Position numbers and translations under genes: made by a program. The notes beneath the pieces were generated by a model. It searched no databases. It worked only from the letters and a program-made list of their open reading frames with translations, and was not told the DNA's origin. A DNA stretch of 64,000 bases from a virus (taxonomy: Duplodnaviria > Caudoviricetes): IMG/VR virus record IMGVR_UViG_2595698222_000001, positions 1 to 64,000 of that record; one strand, given 5' to 3'. Position 1 is the first letter of the stretch. Every line of letters starts with the position of its first letter. Below, piece after piece: positions 1-10,555 of the stretch.

Positions 1-1263
1 CTATAAAATCTTCTCTATTTCAGTTCTAAACCATTCAATATCCATGTGGGTATAAACTCTATCTGTTAAATCTTTTATGGAATGTCCCATGAATTTTTTC
101 CTGGCGTATTCATCGACTCCATATTCTTTTGCAAATGTTGAAAAAGTATGTCTGCCATCATGTAGAACATGACCTAAAATGCCAAGTTCGGATTCTTTCT
201 TCAACAGAGAGTTTCTGAATGAATTTTCAATATATCTATACGAACCGTGAAATTTTTGAGTTCTTCCAAATAACATAGGCCTACCAATATCAATGGCTTC
301 ATGGTAATACTTATGAATTATTGGTAACACCTTAGGATGAATGGGAACTGTTCTATTAATACCATTGATAGTTTTTACTCCACCTGTATATGTCCTGTTT
401 TCTAGATCAATGTTATTTACTGCAAGAGTAATGACCTCGCCTGGACGCCAGCCAGAGTAACATTGAACAATAGTCATGTCAATGAAAATGTCGCCGCTAT
501 TGTCCCAGAGAATTGCTAACTCATCTTTAGTGTATGGCCGGCCCTCTCTGGATTTTTGAACGTTCCCTTTGTTTGTGTTTATTGTAAACGTCCGAGCATA
601 GTTTTCGGTTACAATTCGTCGGAAGACAGCATAATCAAAAAGAAGATTATATAAAGCTTTAATATTGCCTTTTATTATATATGTGGCAGCAATCTTTCTA
701 CCAGCCTCGCTCCCTCTTTCGCCAATCTTGTACGCATTCTTAATATGTTCTTCGATAATAGGTGGTAAAAAGTCGACAACTTTGATGTTGTAAGCTGGTC
801 CGCAATACTTAAAAGCGGCATCATACGATTTACGCCTATTATCATCCAAGTTATTATCTGATATGTACTTTGGTAACCATGCATCATATAATTCTTTGAC
901 AGTTAAATCGTTTTTTAAATCATACGGATTCTCTTTATATCTCATGATTGCTTTATATGCATCTATTTTTTCGGAAAAAGATCCAAGGAAATCATAAATG
1001 TAATAGCTTTTCCCTGTATCCTCATTAAGCGTTAATTTAGGATTAACCATTGCAGCGAAAGGCTGGCGCCGATTTCCGGTGAGTGTTTTAATGGTACCAT
1101 ATCCATTTGGTAAACGCATTAATGATTGCTTATCTGATTTTTTAGGCCGGCCCCGTTTGCTTGTAGATTGTTTATGCGGTAAAAGAGGGTATCCGCAATG
1201 TGGACAAGCTGTTGCCTGTGTACTAATTTGCCCTTTGCATTCAGGACATTTCTTTAAAGACAT
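1..1263 (-). CDS. int: Phage tyrosine integrase with N-terminal zinc ribbon and AT-hook-like motif
   Basis: Catalytic motifs SGWRPGE, VK, HDGRHT, MGH and Y. N-terminus has CPEC...CPHC and KRGRPKK. Lies at the prophage edge. Confidence 0.95.
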   Translation of the reverse strand: MSLKKCPECKGQISTQATACPHCGYPLLPHKQSTSKRGRPKKSDKQSLMRLPNGYGTIKTLTGNRRQPFAAMVNPKLTLNEDTGKSYYIYDFLGSFSEKIDAYKAIMRYKENPYDLKNDLTVKELYDAWLPKYISDNNLDDNRRKSYDAAFKYCGPAYNIKVVDFLPPIIEEHIKNAYKIGERGSEAGRKIAATYIIKGNIKALYNLLFDYAVFRRIVTENYARTFTINTNKGNVQKSREGRPYTKDELAILWDNSGDIFIDMTIVQCYSGWRPGEVITLAVNNIDLENRTYTGGVKTINGINRTVPIHPKVLPIIHKYYHEAIDIGRPMLFGRTQKFHGSYRYIENSFRNSLLKKESELGILGHVLHDGRHTFSTFAKEYGVDEYARKKFMGHSIKDLTDRVYTHMDIEWFRTEIEKIL

Positions 1264-1707
1264 AATATCATCCTTTCTAAAAAAGAGTATAAAAATAGCA
1301 CTATACCGGTTTACAGTTTAGTGCCGGGATGGTACAATGTCTTTGTAAGAGAAGTGTATCGGCACAGCCGGTATAATCTTTGTGAAGCCGTTCGGTGTTG
1401 GTAGCGCCGGGCGGTTTTTTAAATTTTTTGTTCCCAGACTTTTCCGCATTTATTACACATGAATTTTTGCTTTCCAGCTGGTTTGTGATTAACAAGAGTA
1501 AAAGGTTTAAGTGGATTTAAATTCAAAGTAGTCTTTGTCTTCCCTCCAATCAATTGAACATCGGTGCTTCCACACCCCCATGCCGGGTGTGCCATTGAAG
1601 AACCTCCTTTTTATATACTCTTATAAAAGCCATAGGCTTTGATAAACATAGTATAAATCAGGTAAAGCTCCTTCACGGTAAACTGTCAATTATTGCTTAA
1701 TATATAC

Positions 1708-2361
1708 TTAGAAATTATGACCATGCAAATGATAATACTCAGCATGTTCAAAAACATATCCTTCACCCATAAGAAAAAGATGAGTACTAAAAAATTCGGA
1801 ATCATCTTTATTGTTCTCAGATTCCTGCTCTGTGTGCATGGGAATATAAGAATTTTTTTTCGGGAAAAACCATTCACATATACTTTTATGTAAATTTCTT
1901 TGCGTCCAATAACAAAATGATTGATAATCCTTTGCTATTCGATTAGCAGCCATGCATGATACATAAAATGTATTATAGATATCTTTTACTGACTCACAAT
2001 GTAAATATTGCATGATCGCCCTGGGAGCTAAGATATTGCTGGAGAAGAAGTCAGCTTCTTTTTCATTTTCTACGCATTCTCCAACATGATTAAGAACGAT
2101 ATGGGCAACTTCATGCATTAAAGTAAAACGTTGACGTTCTTTATGAGGAAACATATCATTATAAAATATTATACCTTGGAGTGTAAAAGCATCATTACTA
2201 ACTAATAGACATTTTTTAACTTTAGACTCGGGGAGCTCCGAATATTTATATACAGGAATCCCTAAACCTTTGATTACCTTAAAGCAATCAATAGGAAATT
2301 TTTTTATATCACATCTCTTATATACTTCTAATGTTTTTTCAATAATTCTATATTGCTCCAA
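1708..2361 (-). CDS. ImmA/IrrE-family metallopeptidase (antirepressor)
   Basis: RQRFTLMHEVAH (HExxH) and EKEADFF; directly downstream of the repressor gene. Confidence 0.88.
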   Translation of the reverse strand: MEQYRIIEKTLEVYKRCDIKKFPIDCFKVIKGLGIPVYKYSELPESKVKKCLLVSNDAFTLQGIIFYNDMFPHKERQRFTLMHEVAHIVLNHVGECVENEKEADFFSSNILAPRAIMQYLHCESVKDIYNTFYVSCMAANRIAKDYQSFCYWTQRNLHKSICEWFFPKKNSYIPMHTEQESENNKDDSEFFSTHLFLMGEGYVFEHAEYYHLHGHNF

Positions 2362-2372
2362 AAAATCACCCT

Positions 2373-2687
2373 TTACTCATCGGACAGAAGAGCCTTGATT
2401 ATGTCCTGTTTTTGTTCGAGCGTGAGTTTCTTTCCGTTTCTAGCTATGAGACTTTGAATATCATCATAAGTAGGTTCATATGTAGTTTTCAGGCTGCTAT
2501 CATCAAAATCATCCAAAGATAAGCCTAAAACACGAGCGATGGCTTTTAAGGTCTCAAGTTTAGGATCTCTTGTTACACCGCTTAATATTTTATTCAATGT
2601 TCCGATTGGAACGCCAGATCTTTCTGATAATTCTTCTGTGGTCAACCCTAATTTTTTTTTGTACTCATTAATCTTTTCTAATCCCAT
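2373..2687 (-). CDS. Xre-family phage repressor (CI/ImmR-like)
   Basis: HTH_3 pattern LTTEELSERSGVPIGTLNKILSG; divergent from cro. Confidence 0.9.
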   Translation of the reverse strand: MGLEKINEYKKKLGLTTEELSERSGVPIGTLNKILSGVTRDPKLETLKAIARVLGLSLDDFDDSSLKTTYEPTYDDIQSLIARNGKKLTLEQKQDIIKALLSDE

Positions 2688-2747
2688 TATCTTATCCTCC
2701 CGTTCGGTAATATTTTACCGCTAAACAGTGAAAATGTCAATAACAAT

Positions 2748-2836
2748 TTTCCATTAACGGTAAAAATTTCTAAAAAAACTGTTGACTTTTACCGTTGATG
2801 GATATATACTTGCATCATAAATAACCGTTAACGGTA
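2748..2836 (+). promoter_or_regulatory. Lysis/lysogeny switch: rightward promoter with three operator copies
   Basis: TTGACT (2782-2787), 17 bp, TATACT (2805-2810). Palindrome ACCGTTAACGGT at 2824-2835, with variants TCCATTAACGGT (2750-2761) and ACCGTTGATGGA (2791-2802). Confidence 0.8.
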
Positions 2837-2855
2837 AAACAAAGGAGGCGATTAA

Positions 2856-3065
2856 ATGTATTATCGACTGAGAAATGAAATTGACAGAAGAGGATATACA
2901 ATAGAAAAATTTGCAGCTTTAGCAAACATGTCTGAAAAAAGTCTCAGAAACAAGCTAAATGGTATAACAGATTTTTCTTGGTCGGAAGTTCTTCTGATTC
3001 GCAAATTACTTGATTCAAATTTATCTTTGGAAGAACTCTTTAAAAGGGAAGATAAAATAGCCTAA
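2856..3065 (+). CDS. Cro-like HTH regulator
   Basis: Short HTH protein, strong RBS, divergent from the repressor. Confidence 0.85.
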   Translation: MYYRLRNEIDRRGYTIEKFAALANMSEKSLRNKLNGITDFSWSEVLLIRKLLDSNLSLEELFKREDKIA

Positions 3066-3070
3066 CATAA

Positions 3071-3082
3071 GAACACACGTTC
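3071..3082. promoter_or_regulatory. SOS (LexA/Cheo) box
   Basis: GAACACACGTTC matches the Firmicute consensus GAAC-N4-GTTC. Confidence 0.65.
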
Positions 3083-3169
3083 GAATGGTTATAATATACC
3101 ACTTTCGTATGGACGTGTCAATGCAAAAGAGGAGATAAGTAATTTCAAATAAAGTGGAGGTGAGATACA

Positions 3170-3388
3170 TTGAAAAAGAATCGTGTTAAAACTGCCACGG
3201 CAGCTAAGATAGTCGGTGTAGATCGGGGCTTTTTCATTGAGAAGGTTCGTATTGGGAAGTATCCGGGTATCTATGAAAAAAATGGAAAGAGAGCGAATGT
3301 AGTGGTTCTTGCCACTGATTTAGCTCAATTCCTTGGGAGAAGTATGGAAGAAATAGATGCAGCAATTGTAGAAATAGAAGGGAGGTGA
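3170..3388 (+). CDS. Excisionase-like small HTH DNA-binding protein
   Basis: Basic 72-aa protein, TATAAKIVGVDR pattern, position after cro. Confidence 0.55.
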   Translation: MKKNRVKTATAAKIVGVDRGFFIEKVRIGKYPGIYEKNGKRANVVVLATDLAQFLGRSMEEIDAAIVEIEGR

Positions 3389-3662
3389 AACTTGTATGAA
3401 CAAATTTTTAGATGAAGAGCAGAGAGATAAAAATTCCGTATCAATTTCAGAACTAGACAAACAGATTATGTTAGGGAATTGGAGCCCGGTATGTATTAAT
3501 GATGGGCGAATTGTTGGAACTGAAGAAGAGGCTTGAAAGGAGGCATTCCTATGGAGGGCAAGCGAAAAGCAGAAACCCCGGGAGCTGCAACTCCCAGGGA
3601 TTCAAGGTAACTGAAAAAATATTTGTACCTCTATTATACAGAGGAGAACGGAGAAAATCAAG

Positions 3663-3938
3663 ATGGAAGAATTATTAAAAGCAATTTTATTATCTGCCGT
3701 GGCAGATAAGGCAAAGAAAGATATGGAACAACCCGTAATTCTGGCTTTTGAAAAAGGGCAAGGGGTGGTTGGTAAAGCCACAATTAAAATCAAGGGACCA
3801 AGTTCATGTGTAATGGCTGGTTGTACCACTTTACTTACAAGTGCAATAAACACAATACACCCTGAATGTAAGACAATGCAGAAGGAAACCCTAGCAATGA
3901 TTTACACACAGGTTGCAGAAAATTTGGAACTTAAATAG
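3663..3938 (+). CDS. Hypothetical phage protein
   Basis: ORF with RBS in the early operon. Confidence 0.5.
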   Translation: MEELLKAILLSAVADKAKKDMEQPVILAFEKGQGVVGKATIKIKGPSSCVMAGCTTLLTSAINTIHPECKTMQKETLAMIYTQVAENLELK

Positions 3939-3952
3939 GAGGATAAGGAGTT

Positions 3953-4582
3953 ATGAATACATTACAGAACAATTCAGTTACATTAATCGGGGAAGTAGAT
4001 TCTGGCTTTACTTTTAGCCATGAAGTAAGGGGCGAAGCATTTTACTTGGTAAATCTGGCTGTTAAGCGACTTAGTGAACAGGCGGACATTATTCCGCTGA
4101 CGATTTCGGAGAGATTGATTGATGTGACTGCTGATTGCATGGGGAGAACCTTAGAAGTTGCTGGTCAGTTTCGTTCTTTCAATCAGCAGGGGGAGAATAA
4201 AAAAAGATTGATACTTTCGGTCTTTGTAAGGGATGTTTTCTTTCTGGAAGAGGATTTTACAGATTGTACAAAGTCTAATTCCATTACCTTAAAGGGCTAT
4301 CTGTGTAAGTCTCCGGTTTACCGGAAAACTCCTTTAGGAAGAGAGATTGCGGATCTTCTTCTTGCAGTTAATCGTTCCTATAATAAATCAGATTATATTC
4401 CTTGCATTGCATGGGGGAGAAACGCAAAATATGCCTCAGGGCTTTTTGTCGGCACTAAGATGGAAATTTCTGGAAGAATTCAAAGCCGGGAATATACCAA
4501 GAAGCTCAGTGAAACGGACATTGTAACACACACTGCTTATGAAGTTTCAGTCTCGAATTTAGAGGTGTTTGAAAATGATTAA
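3953..4582 (+). CDS. Clostridial double-OB-fold ssDNA-binding protein
   Basis: RKTPLGREIADLLLAVNR...SDYIPCIAWGRNA...GRIQSREY. Confidence 0.85.
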   Translation: MNTLQNNSVTLIGEVDSGFTFSHEVRGEAFYLVNLAVKRLSEQADIIPLTISERLIDVTADCMGRTLEVAGQFRSFNQQGENKKRLILSVFVRDVFFLEEDFTDCTKSNSITLKGYLCKSPVYRKTPLGREIADLLLAVNRSYNKSDYIPCIAWGRNAKYASGLFVGTKMEISGRIQSREYTKKLSETDIVTHTAYEVSVSNLEVFEND

Positions 4583-5081
4583 GGAGAGGGCGAAAGAAGT
4601 ATTAATTAAAATGGGAATGCCAGCTTCGGTCAACGGTCTTGAATATATAGCTGAAGCTATGGGACTATTTGAATCAGGATCCCATGATATTAAAATCATG
4701 GCTTTATATGAAGAAATCGGAAAAAAACATAACACAGCTAATACCGGAGTTGAGAGAGCCATACGTCATGCGTTCGGAATAGTTATGACAAAGGGAAATC
4801 AATCTATGGTAAAGAAATACTTGTCATTCGACAATACTACCAATTCAAACATGTTAAAACTTCTGTATTACCGGTTGAAGCAGGAGGAACGTGAGACAGC
4901 CAATTCTAAACCTCTGGGAGCAGAAGAAGTTATCAATTCAGATCCGTATCAGGTATTGGAAGATGATATGGTCCTGGCAATTCAGAAGTTTGTGAAAAAT
5001 TTAAAGGAGGCAAATTCAAATGTATATTGTAAAACTGATCAGTGCACATTGCGAGAACTTCAAGGGCTTCAAGAGCTTTGA
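4569..5081 (+). CDS. Spo0A C-terminal (effector) domain protein lacking the receiver domain
   Basis: GMPASVNGLEYI...LYEEIGKKHNTANTGVERAIRHA...TNS resembles the Spo0A DNA-binding domain. Confidence 0.85.
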   Translation: MKMIKERAKEVLIKMGMPASVNGLEYIAEAMGLFESGSHDIKIMALYEEIGKKHNTANTGVERAIRHAFGIVMTKGNQSMVKKYLSFDNTTNSNMLKLLYYRLKQEERETANSKPLGAEEVINSDPYQVLEDDMVLAIQKFVKNLKEANSNVYCKTDQCTLRELQGLQEL

Positions 5082-7023
5082 TATGCAGTTCGGAGACAAG
5101 GTAACACATTTAAAAGGAGCTAATGGATTAGGTAAGTCAACTGTAGCCGAGCTCCTTATGTGGACGCTTCATGGAATAGGAAATGATCTGACTAATAATC
5201 CTAAGGTACGAAGAGAAGTCGATGGTATTCCAGTGGTAGACGTTCCGGTGGTCGGTGAAATCACCATGGAAGTAAACGGTAAAGAGGTGATAGCAAGGAA
5301 GGTACAGAAGCGAACCACCAAAAAAGACGGAAGCTATTCTGATGATAATACATATTCCATTAACGGCGTGGAGAAGAATCTGAAAGATTTCATTGGATAC
5401 TTTGACTTTAATTTCGATGATCTGCTCATGTGTATGAATATCGGAGCATTCCTAGCAAAGAAACCAAAGGAAATGAGAGAATTTCTTTTTAAGCTGCCGC
5501 AGGATATTTCGATTAAGGATATTGTGATTAAGTATCCGGAGTTTGCAGAGTTGGTTCCATTGTTGGAGAAGTACGATATTGACGAGATTTCTTCTATGAA
5601 TAAAGCCAGCATTACCAAACTGAACAAGGAAATTGCTGGCTATCCCGGTCGTATAGATGAAGTAAATCGCCAGATCGTAGAGGATATTGATACTGCAGAA
5701 CTGGAATTGCAGAAGAATGAATTGCAGCGACAAATTGCAGATATTGAGAAGCAGGAGGAAGATTCTCTTGCTCAGGCTAAACTGCATGATTCCAGGTCCA
5801 AGGATATCATGGATTTACAGTTCAAACGTTCGGAAATAGAACGGGTTGCCAATGGAAAATTAGTGGAGCAGAAGAAAGAGATCCAGAAGCGCATTGATGA
5901 TGCAGAATTACAGTTCCGTCAGGCTATGAATGATTCTTCTATGGCGGAGTTAGACGAACAAAGAATTAATGACGCTATTGAAAGGAAAAAAGAACAGAAA
6001 GCCAGCTTACTAAAAGAATACAATAAAATCTCTGAAAGCACATTTCCTCCTTATATAGCATTGCCAGAGTTGGGATCAGATGTTTTAATTTGCCCGACCT
6101 GTGGACAGGATTTGCCAGAATCAGTTAAGGCACAGAAAAGAGAACAATATGAGGAAAATAGCCGGGAGCACCTTCAGCAGTATGAAAGCAATAAGAAAAA
6201 ATGGGAGCTACATAATGCAGAACATCTAGCTTCTATTTCAGAAAAAGGCAGATTGTTAAAAGCAGAGATTGAGAATCTGGAAAGTGTAGAACTTTTAGAG
6301 GTTGCTAAACGTCTTAAATCAGCTAATGAGCAGAAGGTTGTTGCCAATAGTGTAAAAAACAAAGCTATGGAAGAATTGAATTCACTTCCCGTCAAGGTGG
6401 ATTTAACAGACAATCAGGAATATGAAGCAATCTGCATGGAGATTTTCAAAAAGGAAGAAGCTTTAAAGTATGTGAATACCGGTGCCGATTATCGGGCTAC
6501 ACTGCGTAATCAGAAAGCAGAGATTCAGGTTGAACTGGATTCCGTGAAAGAGAAGATTTCCAGATCAGCTAAAAATGTGAAACTGGAAGAACGGTTGTCT
6601 TTTCTGCGGAATGAGCAGCTGCAAAAAGAACAGTCTAAGGCTGACTGTGAAAAAATCCTTGAATTGCTGGACCAGCTTGACCAGAAAAAGAACGAACTTC
6701 TGGTTGATTCAATCAACAGCTACTTCGGCGGCAGGGTGACATGGGATTTATTTGCCTTTGCTAAGAACGGTGGCTATAAAAAGGATTACTGTGTGCCAAG
6801 GATTGATGGATATGAAATCCATGATAATACAGCAAATCATGGTAGGAAGATAGAAGCCATGATGATTATCGCCCTGACCATTCAGAAAATCGTGGGTATT
6901 CAGTGTCCGGTCATACTTGATGATGGCGAAAGTCTTGACCCGTGGCGGCTTCCGATATGTGATAGTCAGTTAATTGTCATGAGCCGGGCAGATAACAGAG
7001 ATTTAACGGTTGAGGTTGCGTAA
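5020..7023 (+). CDS. SMC/Rad50-like AAA ATPase with coiled coil and CxxC hook
   Basis: ENFKG, Walker A GANGLGKST, CPTC in the coiled coil, Walker B VILDDGESLD. Confidence 0.88.
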   Translation: MYIVKLISAHCENFKGFKSFDMQFGDKVTHLKGANGLGKSTVAELLMWTLHGIGNDLTNNPKVRREVDGIPVVDVPVVGEITMEVNGKEVIARKVQKRTTKKDGSYSDDNTYSINGVEKNLKDFIGYFDFNFDDLLMCMNIGAFLAKKPKEMREFLFKLPQDISIKDIVIKYPEFAELVPLLEKYDIDEISSMNKASITKLNKEIAGYPGRIDEVNRQIVEDIDTAELELQKNELQRQIADIEKQEEDSLAQAKLHDSRSKDIMDLQFKRSEIERVANGKLVEQKKEIQKRIDDAELQFRQAMNDSSMAELDEQRINDAIERKKEQKASLLKEYNKISESTFPPYIALPELGSDVLICPTCGQDLPESVKAQKREQYEENSREHLQQYESNKKKWELHNAEHLASISEKGRLLKAEIENLESVELLEVAKRLKSANEQKVVANSVKNKAMEELNSLPVKVDLTDNQEYEAICMEIFKKEEALKYVNTGADYRATLRNQKAEIQVELDSVKEKISRSAKNVKLEERLSFLRNEQLQKEQSKADCEKILELLDQLDQKKNELLVDSINSYFGGRVTWDLFAFAKNGGYKKDYCVPRIDGYEIHDNTANHGRKIEAMMIIALTIQKIVGIQCPVILDDGESLDPWRLPICDSQLIVMSRADNRDLTVEVA

Positions 7024-7166
7024 TGGACGCTGAGAGCTTGATTCGCATAACAGAGTTTCTGCATGCATTAAAGATATTGCTTGCGGCAACCAAACGTCTG
7101 AAAGTTAAAGATTGGGAGCATCTAAAAAAGATAGCTGAACTATTGGAAAAATGGGGGAAGATCTAA

Positions 7167-7622
7167 ATGCAGATTATAAAAGTGCAGTTTTTAAAGGGAG
7201 AAATCCCCAACGGCAAAGCTTATACATATTTTTCAGAGGAAACGGTTTCTACCGGAGATTTGGTACAGATTAATTCTTCTGCGAAGGGCATTGTTACCGA
7301 AGTTGATGTACCAGAAAGTGAGATTGAAGCGTTCCGGGATAAGGTGAAAACAATTGTTGGGAAAATTGTTGCAGAATCAAAGGAAGAACCCAGTGAGCAT
7401 TTCAATGTTTCTAATTCCATGGTGGCACAGGAACGCTATTGTGAAGAAAAGAGCTATCCTCATTTCGCTCCTAAAAGTGGTATCTGTTGGAAATGCAATC
7501 AGCAGATTTACGCTGAAGGTAAAAATCGTATGGGGAACCTGTCCAAGGGAATATCGGTAGAAGAGGCTGGGAGCGAGTTAATTACTGCTTGTCCCCATTG
7601 TAACTGGTCATATTGCGAATGA
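7167..7622 (+). CDS. Hypothetical protein with C-terminal zinc-finger cysteines
   Basis: CWKC...CPHC. Confidence 0.55.
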   Translation: MQIIKVQFLKGEIPNGKAYTYFSEETVSTGDLVQINSSAKGIVTEVDVPESEIEAFRDKVKTIVGKIVAESKEEPSEHFNVSNSMVAQERYCEEKSYPHFAPKSGICWKCNQQIYAEGKNRMGNLSKGISVEEAGSELITACPHCNWSYCE

Positions 7623-7640
7623 TGGTCATAAGGAGGACAT

Positions 7641-7961
7641 ATGAAACAGAATCCTTGTAGATATTGTTCATCGGCAATGGAGTATAAAGGTAAGCATTTT
7701 CCTACCCATAAAATGGAATGTCACGACTGTGAGTATATTAAGTCTCACAGAGAATACTTGAAATCCCAAAGGAAGTTTGAAATAGGTCAATATATATCGG
7801 ATTTCAACGAGCTTATGGCACAGGAATATGTGTTTGTCGGTATGGCAGAGACTCCAAAGCATATTGAGGTTATCAAAAGTTGGCAAGTAAGAAGTGTATT
7901 AGGAATTTTGGATAATAAACATTTCTATAAAGCCATCAGGAAAGAAAACGAGGACAAATAA
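7641..7961 (+). CDS. Hypothetical protein (CxxC pairs)
   Basis: RBS AGGAGG; lies within the operon. Confidence 0.55.
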   Translation: MKQNPCRYCSSAMEYKGKHFPTHKMECHDCEYIKSHREYLKSQRKFEIGQYISDFNELMAQEYVFVGMAETPKHIEVIKSWQVRSVLGILDNKHFYKAIRKENEDK

Positions 7962-7963
7962 AA

Positions 7964-8152
7964 ATGGCAGGAGCATTAAAACATAAACAGAGAAGTCGCC
8001 GGAGTTTTTATCAGAATCGCAAGGTTCTGGGAAGTGTGGCTACTGCAGCAGCGTATCGTAGTAATTCATTGAACATGGCCCGACAAGCAGCAGGGGTGAA
8101 CTGGTTGGAAAGATTCAAGCAGATGTTCAGAAAACAGAAAGGGGATAAATAA
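7964..8152 (+). CDS. Small basic hypothetical protein
   Basis: Tightly packed between its neighbours. Confidence 0.5.
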   Translation: MAGALKHKQRSRRSFYQNRKVLGSVATAAAYRSNSLNMARQAAGVNWLERFKQMFRKQKGDK

Positions 8153-8154
8153 TC

Positions 8155-9078
8155 ATGGCAAAACAGGAAGTAGTGGCAACCGGAACACAGCAAGCGGCCT
8201 TGGTAGTAAATAATGCTTTCATTGATGGCTTAAATGCGCAGTTGAAACAGAAGCAGGAATATGGGCTCACATTTCCGGCAGATTATAATCCCACGAATGC
8301 TTTAATGGGAGCATATCTCATATTAAAAGAAACCAAGGACAGGAACGGAAAATATGTTTTGGAAACCTGTTCACAGGCCAGTATCGCCAATTCGCTTATG
8401 GACATGGTGACGATGGGTCTGTCAATGCAGAAGCGGCAGTGTTATCCAATAGCCTACGGCGGTAAGCTGCAGTGTCAGGTATCCTATCATGGACATAAAG
8501 CAATGGCACATAGATACGGAGCAAAGGATATTAATGCAGAGGTTATTTATGAAGGGGATATATTCAAATATCATATTGAAAATGGTCGGAAGATACTTGA
8601 TGAACATACACAGGATTTTGAGAACATCGACTTGACCAAAATCAAAGGAGCCTATTGCATAGTTATCCTCTCAGATGGCAGTACATACATGGAAGTGATG
8701 AATATTCATCAGATTAAAACCGCCTGGAAGAAAGGCTATGGCTATAAAGAGAATAGCGGCACTCATGCGGAATTTACTGACATGATGGCAAAAAAGACAG
8801 TGACATCCAGAGCCTGCAAGCAGATTGTTCAGCAGTATGGTGATGTGTATGCTATCGAAGCAGTCGACAAGGCAGAAGATATTGATTCGGTAGATGTTGT
8901 TGCAGAGGACGTAGCCTACGATGTTCAGAGTTATGCCAATGCACAGGAATTTCCAATGCCAAAGGAATCTGAACCGGTTGAACAGGATGAAGTACCTGCA
9001 GGTGAAGTGGAGGTTCAAGAACAACAGGCTGAATCCGAACCGTCATCACCACAGCCGCAGAAACCTGATTGGGCATAA
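8155..9078 (+). CDS. recT: RecT-family single-strand annealing recombinase
   Basis: QCYPIAYG, AEVIYEGDIF, IKGAYC, MMAKKTV motifs; acidic tail. Confidence 0.9.
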   Translation: MAKQEVVATGTQQAALVVNNAFIDGLNAQLKQKQEYGLTFPADYNPTNALMGAYLILKETKDRNGKYVLETCSQASIANSLMDMVTMGLSMQKRQCYPIAYGGKLQCQVSYHGHKAMAHRYGAKDINAEVIYEGDIFKYHIENGRKILDEHTQDFENIDLTKIKGAYCIVILSDGSTYMEVMNIHQIKTAWKKGYGYKENSGTHAEFTDMMAKKTVTSRACKQIVQQYGDVYAIEAVDKAEDIDSVDVVAEDVAYDVQSYANAQEFPMPKESEPVEQDEVPAGEVEVQEQQAESEPSSPQPQKPDWA

Positions 9079-9097
9079 AGGAGCTTGAGACGCTTGC

Positions 9098-9829
9098 ATG
9101 AAATTAAAAGTTATAGGCAGTTCCAGCAAAGGAAATGGATATGCCCTCATAGCAGAAAATGAAATCTTACTACTTGAATGTGGCTGCCCATTTAAAGAAG
9201 TCAAAAAAGCCATCGATTGGCAAATTCTAAAGATAAAAGGTTGCTTGGTTTCCCATGGACACCAGGACCATCTAAAATACGTCAGGAGTTTTCTAACAGC
9301 CGGAATCCCGGTGTACACCAATGAAGAGACAAAACAAGCTATTGAGCTTATCGCAGGTTCACAATTCTATAGCATGACAGAATTTAAAGTGGTTCAGATA
9401 GGAGGCTTCAAGGTTATTCCTTTCTATGTCCCACATAATGAAACGCCGAACTTTGGGTATCTAATTGAGCATGATGAAATGGGAAGATTGCTGTTCGTTA
9501 CCGACTACGAGTACATACCATACAATTTCCAAAAGCAACAGATTCAGCATTTCCTGATTGAAGCAAATTACCAGGAGCAGTTCATCGACAAGGACCTCCC
9601 GAACTATGAGCATAAGCTCCTTGGCCATGCCTCTCTGGAAACTTGTATCGGGGCCATTAAGGCAAACGATACACCTAACCTTAGGAACGTCGTAATGTGC
9701 CATCTTGGGGGCGGTTCAAGCTTGGAAGAGTATTTTATCAGTGAAATGCAGAAAGTGACGGGAAAGAGCGTTAATGTAGCCTGCGCGCTACCGGGGCTTG
9801 TTCTTGAATTGAACAGCGAGCCTTTTTAA
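9098..9829 (+). CDS. Metallo-beta-lactamase-fold nuclease (RecT partner)
   Basis: GSSSKGN, SHGHQDH, VPH, TD, IEANY, HL motifs. Confidence 0.9.
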   Translation: MKLKVIGSSSKGNGYALIAENEILLLECGCPFKEVKKAIDWQILKIKGCLVSHGHQDHLKYVRSFLTAGIPVYTNEETKQAIELIAGSQFYSMTEFKVVQIGGFKVIPFYVPHNETPNFGYLIEHDEMGRLLFVTDYEYIPYNFQKQQIQHFLIEANYQEQFIDKDLPNYEHKLLGHASLETCIGAIKANDTPNLRNVVMCHLGGGSSLEEYFISEMQKVTGKSVNVACALPGLVLELNSEPF

Positions 9830-9837
9830 CAAAGGAG

Positions 9838-10464
9838 TTGATTGATACGATTTGCATTGAAAATAATGGCATTCCAGTGTTTAAAGAAAATGAAAATGAT
9901 ATTGAAGTACTCCGTTCTATGAATCCGAATGAGCGGAGAGAAAGCTTAATCACAAACAATATAAGGTTGGCCATTTCAGTGGCACAGAAGTTTAGTTACG
10001 AAGAAGACTATGAATCTGTGGCCATGATTGGCTTAGTAAAGGCAGCTGATACTTTTGACTTAGGTAAGGAAATAAAATTTGCCACCTATGCCACCAGAGT
10101 GATAAGTAATGAAATTCTAATGTACATAAGAAAAAGCAAAAAGGATTTATATACCATATCTTTTGAAACAATTATTCCAGGAACTGATGAGAGACCATTG
10201 ACCATTGGTAATACGTTGAGCTACGAAGATAAAGAACTAGATAAATTTGAAAAAGCAGAAGGAATTATAGAGCTTCATGAGGCTATCCATTCTCTTCCGG
10301 ATAGAGAATGTAGAATAATCTGCTTGCTTTATGGGATTGGCGAGTGTCGATCATATAAACAAAAGGAAGTTGCAGAAAAAATTGGGCTTTCGCAATCCTA
10401 TATCAGTCGTTTAGAGAAAAGTATACTTAAAAAGATGAAAATAAAAATGAAAAATTACAGATAG
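9838..10464 (+). CDS. Sporulation-type (SigE/SigK-like) sigma-70 factor
   Basis: IGLVKAADTFD...KFATYATRVISNEILMYIRK and KQKEVAEKIGLSQSYISRLEK. Confidence 0.9.
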   Translation: MIDTICIENNGIPVFKENENDIEVLRSMNPNERRESLITNNIRLAISVAQKFSYEEDYESVAMIGLVKAADTFDLGKEIKFATYATRVISNEILMYIRKSKKDLYTISFETIIPGTDERPLTIGNTLSYEDKELDKFEKAEGIIELHEAIHSLPDRECRIICLLYGIGECRSYKQKEVAEKIGLSQSYISRLEKSILKKMKIKMKNYR

Positions 10465-10555
10465 ATAGGACCGAAAAGTCCCTAAACTATAAGACTTTTT
10501 AACCCGGGTTGAAATAGATATAACACATTAATCATGCCTTTGGAGGAAAAATATC

